The notes below the pieces were generated by a model. The model saw only the letters and a program-made list of their open reading frames with translations. It ran no database searches and was not told the DNA's origin. Below, one piece after another: positions 1 to 7,450 of a DNA stretch of 7,796 nucleotides. Source of the DNA: Naegleria gruberi. Its lineage: Eukaryota. The translations under genes were made by a program, and so were the position numbers. The stretch is from NCBI GenBank assembly GCA_000004985.1, contig GG739107.1; one strand, 5' to 3'. Within the stretch, counting starts at the first letter, position 1. Each line of letters begins with the position of its first letter.

Positions 1-38
1 ATGTAACAACATATCCACCATTATATTTAACACCAACT

Positions 39-225
39 ATGGTAATGGATAAAATGAAAATGGAAGGTATTAGAAAATCTAAATTAACATTTGATCAAAT
101 GATTATTTTATCTTTATTTGCTGGTATATTTAAAGGTGTTGGTTGTACAATGTCTTTATTAACTGCTGGTAATTCTGAATTATTAGAAAAACAAATACCT
201 GGTTTACAAAAATTCTTTTTTGGTG
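39..225 (+). CDS. Formate/nitrite transporter (FNT) family channel, exon 1. The start codon is uncertain: the frame is open back to position 3, and in-frame ATGs lie at 39, 45, 54 and 60.
   Basis: The ORF reads ...KSKLTFDQMIILSLFAGIFKGVGCTMSLLTAGNSELLEKQIPGLQKFFFG, which is an FNT TM1 plus loop. It lies in the same frame (mod 3) as the 399..1184 ORF and is separated from it only by a stop-filled AT repeat. A GTATGT donor sits at 226..231. Codon usage is A/T in the third position. The frame stays open from position 3 (VTTYPPLYLTPT...), so the true 5' end may be upstream of the window. ATGs at 54 and 60 have better AAAATG context than the one at 39. Confidence 0.75.
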
Positions 226-366
226 GTATGTTTTTAATTAATTTAATAATTTTTAATTTAATTTAATAATGTTAAATATAATTTTAAATATAATTTTAAA
301 TATAATTTTAAATTTAATATAATTTTAATAATATAATTTTAATATAATTTTAAATATAAAAAAAAG
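226..366 (+). other. Intron 1 of the FNT gene. It is 141 nt, phase 1, with a GTATGT donor and a ...AAAAAG acceptor.
   Basis: The donor is g226-t227-a228-t229-g230-t231 (GTATGT) and the acceptor AG is at 365-366. The interior is more than 95% A+T, carries stops in all frames and consists of a tandem repeat. The junction codon g225|c367 t368 = GCT (Ala) keeps the frame. The length is typical of short AT-rich dictyostelid-type introns. Confidence 0.7.
274..358. repeat. Imperfect tandem repeat of the 12-mer AAATATAATTTT, about 7 copies, inside the FNT intron.
   Basis: Perfect copies lie at 274-285, 286-297 and 298-309. Variant copies follow (aaatttaatataatttt, aataatataatttt, aatataatttt, aaatataaaa) up to about 358. 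Confidence 0.8.
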
Positions 367-1184
367 CTGTATTTCCAATTAGTTTAATATTAATAACAAT
401 GACAGGATCAGAATTATTTACAGGTAATGTATTAGTAGTATTAGTTGGATTATTTTCAAGAAAATGGAGAGCTAAGAAATTTTTTATTCATTTATTACAA
501 TTTTTAAAAAATATAATATTATCATATATATTTAATTTAATTGGAGCATTTTTAATGGCATATTTATTTATATATTTAACACAACCATGTTGTGATTCAC
601 ATTGGATTGAATATGTTAAACATTTATCAGAATTAAAAACAAGTAGAACATTTGGTTCATGTTTATTATTAGGTATTATATGTAATATGTTAGTTACAAT
701 GGCTACTTATAATGCTTTAGCTGCTACTACTTTAGAAGGTAAAATATTAGGTATTTGGTTTCCTATTATGGTATTTGTATCATGTTCATTTGAACATTCT
801 GTTGCTAATGCTTATTTTATACCTTTAGGAATGTTATATGGTGCTAATGTTACAATGTATGATTTTATTGTTAAAAATTTAATACCTGCTACTTTAGGTA
901 ATATCATTGGTGGTGCTTTTATTATTGGTTGCTTATTTTATTATGTTAATGATTATAGAAATAGACATAATAGATTCATTTTTAATTTTATTGAAAAAAT
1001 TTGGAAATATTTAAAAAAATCAAATTTATTAAGTAATACTAGATTTAATTCAATGAATGATAATGATAATTTAACAACAACAACAAATAATGCTGATGCT
1101 GATGATGAATATGATGAGGAGGAAGATTTGAAATCTGATTTGGATTTCCTTGAAGTTAAAAATAAACAACAAGATGTCATTTAA
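367..1184 (+). CDS. Formate/nitrite transporter (FNT) family channel, exon 2, including the TAA stop at 1182..1184.
   Basis: The spliced product continues ...FFFG-A-VFPISLILITMTGSELFTGNVLVV... It shows FNT hallmarks: the GSELFTGN motif (FocA G-ADLFT), FEHSVANAYFIPLG with the conserved central His (FocA FEHSIANMF), and NLIPATLGNIIGGAFIIG (FocA NLIPVTIGNIIGG). The FocA comparison sequences are recalled from memory. Six or more hydrophobic helices are consistent with the FNT fold. A 78-aa acidic/Asn-rich C-terminal tail (948..1181) is typical of dictyostelid low complexity. Confidence 0.85.
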
Positions 1185-1290
1185 TATATTATATAATTGA
1201 AAATAACCTTCCTTCATTGGTGTTAACAAGCCAACATATCCAAGAGAGTGGACGAATAATAATACTCTTTATTCAAAACTTTTAAAAAAA
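1185..1290 (+). promoter_or_regulatory. A 106-bp intergenic spacer between the FNT stop and the Zn2Cys6 start. It contains a GC-rich island (about 1201..1262) followed by an A-run leading into AAAAAAAATG.
   Basis: ccttccttcattggtgttaacaagccaacatatccaagagagtggacgaataataatactc is roughly 40-45% GC in a locus that is about 20-25% GC. The spacer must hold both the FNT 3' end signals and the promoter/5'UTR of the next gene. An A7 run precedes ATG 1291. Confidence 0.3.
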
Positions 1291-1476
1291 ATGAAAAAAC
1301 AAAAGTCTGATGCTTCTTCATCAAAGAAAGATAAATCATCAAGTGCATTGAATAAAGAGGACGATGATGATCAGTGCCATGCCATCTCATGTGTTCGTTG
1401 TCGACGTCTACATAAAAAGTGTAACAAGAAATTGCCTTCTTGTTCGAAATGTATTTCCGATGGAGTGGAATGTAAT
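1291..1476 (+). CDS. Zn(II)2Cys6 binuclear-cluster DNA-binding domain protein, exon 1 (5' partial gene). The remainder is lost in the assembly gap.
   Basis: MKKQKSDASSSKKDKSSSALNKEDDDDQCHAISCVRCRRLHKKCNKKLPSCSKCISDGVECN has the spacing C-x2-C-x6-C-x6-C-x2-C-x6-C, the canonical Zn2Cys6 (GAL4-type) pattern, with basic residues between Cys2 and Cys3. The start context is aaaaaaaATGaaa. The in-frame GTATGT donor at 1477..1482 falls exactly after ...GVECN (phase 0), and in-frame stops follow soon after, consistent with an intron running into the gap. Confidence 0.7.
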
Positions 1477-1568
1477 GTATGTTTTGATCAAAGAATACAA
1501 AATTATATAATCAACTGATAACTTATAACTGATAATTGTATTGTGGGGATTGTAGTATAGTACTCCTT

Positions 1569-4500
1569 NNNNNNNNNNNNNNNNNNNNNNNNNNNNNNNN
1601 NNNNNNNNNNNNNNNNNNNNNNNNNNNNNNNNNNNNNNNNNNNNNNNNNNNNNNNNNNNNNNNNNNNNNNNNNNNNNNNNNNNNNNNNNNNNNNNNNNNN
1701 NNNNNNNNNNNNNNNNNNNNNNNNNNNNNNNNNNNNNNNNNNNNNNNNNNNNNNNNNNNNNNNNNNNNNNNNNNNNNNNNNNNNNNNNNNNNNNNNNNNN
1801 NNNNNNNNNNNNNNNNNNNNNNNNNNNNNNNNNNNNNNNNNNNNNNNNNNNNNNNNNNNNNNNNNNNNNNNNNNNNNNNNNNNNNNNNNNNNNNNNNNNN
1901 NNNNNNNNNNNNNNNNNNNNNNNNNNNNNNNNNNNNNNNNNNNNNNNNNNNNNNNNNNNNNNNNNNNNNNNNNNNNNNNNNNNNNNNNNNNNNNNNNNNN
2001 NNNNNNNNNNNNNNNNNNNNNNNNNNNNNNNNNNNNNNNNNNNNNNNNNNNNNNNNNNNNNNNNNNNNNNNNNNNNNNNNNNNNNNNNNNNNNNNNNNNN
2101 NNNNNNNNNNNNNNNNNNNNNNNNNNNNNNNNNNNNNNNNNNNNNNNNNNNNNNNNNNNNNNNNNNNNNNNNNNNNNNNNNNNNNNNNNNNNNNNNNNNN
2201 NNNNNNNNNNNNNNNNNNNNNNNNNNNNNNNNNNNNNNNNNNNNNNNNNNNNNNNNNNNNNNNNNNNNNNNNNNNNNNNNNNNNNNNNNNNNNNNNNNNN
2301 NNNNNNNNNNNNNNNNNNNNNNNNNNNNNNNNNNNNNNNNNNNNNNNNNNNNNNNNNNNNNNNNNNNNNNNNNNNNNNNNNNNNNNNNNNNNNNNNNNNN
2401 NNNNNNNNNNNNNNNNNNNNNNNNNNNNNNNNNNNNNNNNNNNNNNNNNNNNNNNNNNNNNNNNNNNNNNNNNNNNNNNNNNNNNNNNNNNNNNNNNNNN
2501 NNNNNNNNNNNNNNNNNNNNNNNNNNNNNNNNNNNNNNNNNNNNNNNNNNNNNNNNNNNNNNNNNNNNNNNNNNNNNNNNNNNNNNNNNNNNNNNNNNNN
2601 NNNNNNNNNNNNNNNNNNNNNNNNNNNNNNNNNNNNNNNNNNNNNNNNNNNNNNNNNNNNNNNNNNNNNNNNNNNNNNNNNNNNNNNNNNNNNNNNNNNN
2701 NNNNNNNNNNNNNNNNNNNNNNNNNNNNNNNNNNNNNNNNNNNNNNNNNNNNNNNNNNNNNNNNNNNNNNNNNNNNNNNNNNNNNNNNNNNNNNNNNNNN
2801 NNNNNNNNNNNNNNNNNNNNNNNNNNNNNNNNNNNNNNNNNNNNNNNNNNNNNNNNNNNNNNNNNNNNNNNNNNNNNNNNNNNNNNNNNNNNNNNNNNNN
2901 NNNNNNNNNNNNNNNNNNNNNNNNNNNNNNNNNNNNNNNNNNNNNNNNNNNNNNNNNNNNNNNNNNNNNNNNNNNNNNNNNNNNNNNNNNNNNNNNNNNN
3001 NNNNNNNNNNNNNNNNNNNNNNNNNNNNNNNNNNNNNNNNNNNNNNNNNNNNNNNNNNNNNNNNNNNNNNNNNNNNNNNNNNNNNNNNNNNNNNNNNNNN
3101 NNNNNNNNNNNNNNNNNNNNNNNNNNNNNNNNNNNNNNNNNNNNNNNNNNNNNNNNNNNNNNNNNNNNNNNNNNNNNNNNNNNNNNNNNNNNNNNNNNNN
3201 NNNNNNNNNNNNNNNNNNNNNNNNNNNNNNNNNNNNNNNNNNNNNNNNNNNNNNNNNNNNNNNNNNNNNNNNNNNNNNNNNNNNNNNNNNNNNNNNNNNN
3301 NNNNNNNNNNNNNNNNNNNNNNNNNNNNNNNNNNNNNNNNNNNNNNNNNNNNNNNNNNNNNNNNNNNNNNNNNNNNNNNNNNNNNNNNNNNNNNNNNNNN
3401 NNNNNNNNNNNNNNNNNNNNNNNNNNNNNNNNNNNNNNNNNNNNNNNNNNNNNNNNNNNNNNNNNNNNNNNNNNNNNNNNNNNNNNNNNNNNNNNNNNNN
3501 NNNNNNNNNNNNNNNNNNNNNNNNNNNNNNNNNNNNNNNNNNNNNNNNNNNNNNNNNNNNNNNNNNNNNNNNNNNNNNNNNNNNNNNNNNNNNNNNNNNN
3601 NNNNNNNNNNNNNNNNNNNNNNNNNNNNNNNNNNNNNNNNNNNNNNNNNNNNNNNNNNNNNNNNNNNNNNNNNNNNNNNNNNNNNNNNNNNNNNNNNNNN
3701 NNNNNNNNNNNNNNNNNNNNNNNNNNNNNNNNNNNNNNNNNNNNNNNNNNNNNNNNNNNNNNNNNNNNNNNNNNNNNNNNNNNNNNNNNNNNNNNNNNNN
3801 NNNNNNNNNNNNNNNNNNNNNNNNNNNNNNNNNNNNNNNNNNNNNNNNNNNNNNNNNNNNNNNNNNNNNNNNNNNNNNNNNNNNNNNNNNNNNNNNNNNN
3901 NNNNNNNNNNNNNNNNNNNNNNNNNNNNNNNNNNNNNNNNNNNNNNNNNNNNNNNNNNNNNNNNNNNNNNNNNNNNNNNNNNNNNNNNNNNNNNNNNNNN
4001 NNNNNNNNNNNNNNNNNNNNNNNNNNNNNNNNNNNNNNNNNNNNNNNNNNNNNNNNNNNNNNNNNNNNNNNNNNNNNNNNNNNNNNNNNNNNNNNNNNNN
4101 NNNNNNNNNNNNNNNNNNNNNNNNNNNNNNNNNNNNNNNNNNNNNNNNNNNNNNNNNNNNNNNNNNNNNNNNNNNNNNNNNNNNNNNNNNNNNNNNNNNN
4201 NNNNNNNNNNNNNNNNNNNNNNNNNNNNNNNNNNNNNNNNNNNNNNNNNNNNNNNNNNNNNNNNNNNNNNNNNNNNNNNNNNNNNNNNNNNNNNNNNNNN
4301 NNNNNNNNNNNNNNNNNNNNNNNNNNNNNNNNNNNNNNNNNNNNNNNNNNNNNNNNNNNNNNNNNNNNNNNNNNNNNNNNNNNNNNNNNNNNNNNNNNNN
4401 NNNNNNNNNNNNNNNNNNNNNNNNNNNNNNNNNNNNNNNNNNNNNNNNNNNNNNNNNNNNNNNNNNNNNNNNNNNNNNNNNNNNNNNNNNNNNNNNNNNN

Positions 4501-6216
4501 NNNNNNNNNNNNNNNNNNNNNNNNNNNNNNNNNNNNNNNNNNNNNNNNNNNNNNNNNNNNNNNNNNNNNNNNNNNNNNNNNNNNNNNNNNNNNNNNNNNN
4601 NNNNNNNNNNNNNNNNNNNNNNNNNNNNNNNNNNNNNNNNNNNNNNNNNNNNNNNNNNNNNNNNNNNNNNNNNNNNNNNNNNNNNNNNNNNNNNNNNNNN
4701 NNNNNNNNNNNNNNNNNNNNNNNNNNNNNNNNNNNNNNNNNNNNNNNNNNNNNNNNNNNNNNNNNNNNNNNNNNNNNNNNNNNNNNNNNNNNNNNNNNNN
4801 NNNNNNNNNNNNNNNNNNNNNNNNNNNNNNNNNNNNNNNNNNNNNNNNNNNNNNNNNNNNNNNNNNNNNNNNNNNNNNNNNNNNNNNNNNNNNNNNNNNN
4901 NNNNNNNNNNNNNNNNNNNNNNNNNNNNNNNNNNNNNNNNNNNNNNNNNNNNNNNNNNNNNNNNNNNNNNNNNNNNNNNNNNNNNNNNNNNNNNNNNNNN
5001 NNNNNNNNNNNNNNNNNNNNNNNNNNNNNNNNNNNNNNNNNNNNNNNNNNNNNNNNNNNNNNNNNNNNNNNNNNNNNNNNNNNNNNNNNNNNNNNNNNNN
5101 NNNNNNNNNNNNNNNNNNNNNNNNNNNNNNNNNNNNNNNNNNNNNNNNNNNNNNNNNNNNNNNNNNNNNNNNNNNNNNNNNNNNNNNNNNNNNNNNNNNN
5201 NNNNNNNNNNNNNNNNNNNNNNNNNNNNNNNNNNNNNNNNNNNNNNNNNNNNNNNNNNNNNNNNNNNNNNNNNNNNNNNNNNNNNNNNNNNNNNNNNNNN
5301 NNNNNNNNNNNNNNNNNNNNNNNNNNNNNNNNNNNNNNNNNNNNNNNNNNNNNNNNNNNNNNNNNNNNNNNNNNNNNNNNNNNNNNNNNNNNNNNNNNNN
5401 NNNNNNNNNNNNNNNNNNNNNNNNNNNNNNNNNNNNNNNNNNNNNNNNNNNNNNNNNNNNNNNNNNNNNNNNNNNNNNNNNNNNNNNNNNNNNNNNNNNN
5501 NNNNNNNNNNNNNNNNNNNNNNNNNNNNNNNNNNNNNNNNNNNNNNNNNNNNNNNNNNNNNNNNNNNNNNNNNNNNNNNNNNNNNNNNNNNNNNNNNNNN
5601 NNNNNNNNNNNNNNNNNNNNNNNNNNNNNNNNNNNNNNNNNNNNNNNNNNNNNNNNNNNNNNNNNNNNNNNNNNNNNNNNNNNNNNNNNNNNNNNNNNNN
5701 NNNNNNNNNNNNNNNNNNNNNNNNNNNNNNNNNNNNNNNNNNNNNNNNNNNNNNNNNNNNNNNNNNNNNNNNNNNNNNNNNNNNNNNNNNNNNNNNNNNN
5801 NNNNNNNNNNNNNNNNNNNNNNNNNNNNNNNNNNNNNNNNNNNNNNNNNNNNNNNNNNNNNNNNNNNNNNNNNNNNNNNNNNNNNNNNNNNNNNNNNNNN
5901 NNNNNNNNNNNNNNNNNNNNNNNNNNNNNNNNNNNNNNNNNNNNNNNNNNNNNNNNNNNNNNNNNNNNNNNNNNNNNNNNNNNNNNNNNNNNNNNNNNNN
6001 NNNNNNNNNNNNNNNNNNNNNNNNNNNNNNNNNNNNNNNNNNNNNNNNNNNNNNNNNNNNNNNNNNNNNNNNNNNNNNNNNNNNNNNNNNNNNNNNNNNN
6101 NNNNNNNNNNNNNNNNNNNNNNNNNNNNNNNNNNNNNNNNNNNNNNNNNNNNNNNNNNNNNNNNNNNNNNNNNNNNNNNNNNNNNNNNNNNNNNNNNNNN
6201 NNNNNNNNNNNNNNNN
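1569..6216. other. Assembly gap: a run of 4648 N.
   Basis: Literal n characters from 1569 to 6216. The 1650-aa and 1562-aa ORFs spanning it are X-translations and not real. Confidence 0.99.
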
Positions 6217-6455
6217 GGATTTAATTTTAAATATTTTTCAGATTTTAAATCCTGACATCTCTTTGATAAATTAATAATTTCAACTTGATGAATATTTTGA
6301 GTATTTGTATTATTTAATAATTCACCTAAAATAATACGTGGTATCATACCAGCTGTTGATGGTATACTATATATAGTAAATTTTAATGGTTGATTAATAT
6401 CAATGGAAGAGTGGAGATCAACATGTTGTTGATCAATAGTTTGATGTTGAGACAT
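6217..6455 (-). CDS. GST N-terminal (thioredoxin-fold) domain-like protein, N-terminal exon (3' part in the gap).
   Basis: The minus-strand ORF starts at ATG 6455..6453 in the context aaaaaaaaATGtct. The protein MSQHQTIDQQHVDLHSSIDINQPLKFTIYSIPSTAGMIPRIILGELLNNTNTQNIHQVEIINLSKRCQDLKSEKYLKLN shows a beta-1-like 'LKFTIYSIPS', a helix 'RIILGEL' and the GST-N signature '...SEKYLKLNP'. The last two bases before the gap (cc on minus) begin a Pro codon. The family call rests on motif recognition only. Confidence 0.55.
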
Positions 6456-6483
6456 TTTTTTTTGAATTTTACAAGAGAATCAT

Positions 6484-6505
6484 TTTACAATTTTGTAAAT
6501 TACAA
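6484..6505. promoter_or_regulatory. Alternating-orientation TTACAA / TTGTAA / TTACAA half-site array (overlapping palindromes) 30-50 bp upstream of the GST-like start codon.
   Basis: The sequence tTTACAAttTTGTAAaTTACAAcg contains the perfect inverted repeat TTTACAA-tt-TTGTAAA (6484..6499), overlapped by TGTAA-a-TTACA. It lies in the 297-bp intergenic/promoter region between two minus-strand genes. Confidence 0.3.
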
Positions 6506-6752
6506 CGTGCATTCATATTGGATTGGTGGATTTGAAAAAAATCAAAATATTTGTACGCACTCTCTGAATCAACTCCGAAATAGTATGCTATTCATTATAT
6601 TGAGTGCAGTTGTTGTAGCTTAATGAATTATCATTATCACATCACTATTCTCCAAAATATCAAAGTATAATAAAAATCATTTCTCAACTACTTATTAAAA
6701 ATTAAATATTAATTAAATAATAAATCAAAATTGAAATTCTCATCATCTCTAT

Positions 6753-7298
6753 TTATTGATTTGGTTTAAAATGAAAGAAAACCAAATTATTACAATCCTG
6801 TCTTTTACCTTCACTATAAGTATGAAATTGCCATGGTGATTCTTTTGAAAATGATTGTGATGATGTATTACCTCTCATTGTTGCTTTTCTTTTTTTAGTA
6901 ATTTTACTACCACTAGTTGTTGTAGTTGAATTGGATGTTGGAGTATTGTTGGTTGGTGATAAACTTGTTGATTGACTTGATGATGATGTAATGTTTGTAT
7001 TAATATTATTATTGAATGTTCGTTTTTTACATGATTTTTTAGCCTCTTTTACAAAATTGGAATTTTTAGATGGTGAAAAATTAATAAAATTATTATTATT
7101 GGATGTAGTGGATGTGGTATTATTATTGTTAATATTAATATTATTATTAATATTGGATGATTGAATGTTATTATTACTCGAAAAATTATTATTTGGGTCA
7201 AAATTGTAAAATGTGAAAATTGGTTGATTGGCAGTATTATTATTTGTAATATTATTATTAATATTATTGTAATATTCAATAGAATATGATGTTTCCAT
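6753..7298 (-). CDS. Asn/Thr/Ser-rich low-complexity protein with basic KKRK-type patches (hypothetical). The frame is open a further 29 codons upstream, to about 7386.
   Basis: A 181-aa minus-strand ORF (METSYSIEYYNNINNNITNNN...KKSCKKRTF...SGSKITKKRKATMRGN...KPNQ*). Codon composition (AAT, ACA, TCA, CCA) is typical of dictyostelid poly-N/T/S coding. Overlapping frames (7049..7357 -) are repeat shadows. The start is uncertain because the context ccaATGg is not A-rich and there is in-frame sense sequence upstream. Confidence 0.45.
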   Translation of the reverse strand: METSYSIEYYNNINNNITNNNTANQPIFTFYNFDPNNNFSSNNNIQSSNINNNININNNNTTSTTSNNNNFINFSPSKNSNFVKEAKKSCKKRTFNNNINTNITSSSSQSTSLSPTNNTPTSNSTTTTSGSKITKKRKATMRGNTSSQSFSKESPWQFHTYSEGKRQDCNNLVFFHFKPNQ

Positions 7299-7436
7299 TG
7301 GAGGTGATGAAACAGTTGTAGATGATTTAATTGGTGATGATGCAATTGTATGATCATTATTGGATTGTGTTATTGATGATGGATTATTATATTATTAAAT
7401 GTATTATTTGATGTATTTAATGTAATATTATTACTG

Positions 7437-7450
7437 TTATTATTATTATT
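7437..7450. repeat. Short (TTA)n / (ATT)n microsatellite. It is one of many AAT/ATT trinucleotide runs across 6950..7680.
   Basis: ttattattattatt at 7437..7450. Similar runs lie at 7085..7096, 7118..7127 and 7551..7562. They reflect poly-Asn/Ile codon repeats. Confidence 0.5.

Noticed and set aside
274-358. Considered whether the regular 12-mer tandem array could be a CRISPR-like or satellite feature.
   Set aside because: The unit is 12 bp with no spacers, is 100% A/T and sits between a GTATGT donor and an AG acceptor inside a conserved protein domain. It is an intronic microsatellite, not a CRISPR array, and the genome is eukaryotic.
953-1180. A 75-aa minus-strand ORF inside FNT exon 2.
   Set aside because: It is an antisense shadow of a well-supported + strand CDS in AT-rich sequence. 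It has no motif or start-context support.
1201-1262. Checked the GC-rich spacer block for a tRNA or other small RNA gene.
   Set aside because: It has no GTTCGA-type T-arm, no plausible acceptor stem pairing and no A/B box spacing. It was kept only as a possible regulatory element.
1538-1552. A minus-strand aatCCCCACAAtac resembling the dictyostelid DUSE element ([A/T]CCCA[C/T]AA) found upstream of small ncRNA genes.
   Set aside because: It is an imperfect match (an extra C where the consensus has A/T). A ncRNA gene placed about 60 nt downstream would fall inside the Zn2Cys6 exon/donor region. No supporting RNA structure can be assessed. Treated as chance.
1503-6455. A 1650-aa minus ORF and a 1562-aa plus ORF (1536..6224) spanning the middle of the window.
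   Set aside because: Both are translations of the 4648-nt N run (poly-X). Only their short real ends (6217..6455 minus; nothing coherent on plus) carry information.
6390-6623. A 77-aa plus-strand ORF (MININGRVEINMLL...).
   Set aside because: It overlaps the start and 5' region of the better-supported minus-strand GST-like gene in antisense and runs through the promoter palindromes. Its composition is not protein-like.
6752-6758. An AATAAA hexamer overlapping the TAA stop of the 6753..7298 gene (minus strand CAATAAATAG).
   Set aside because: AATAAA occurs frequently by chance in sequence that is more than 75% AT. It cannot be distinguished from background without 3' end mapping.
7049-7357. 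A 102-aa minus ORF (MIIQLHHHQ...) and a 64-aa plus ORF at 7476..7670 (…IIIITIMIII…).
   Set aside because: These are alternative-frame and antisense readings of AAT/ATT microsatellite coding. Ile/His/Leu homopolymer shadows are characteristic of the wrong frame in poly-Asn DNA.
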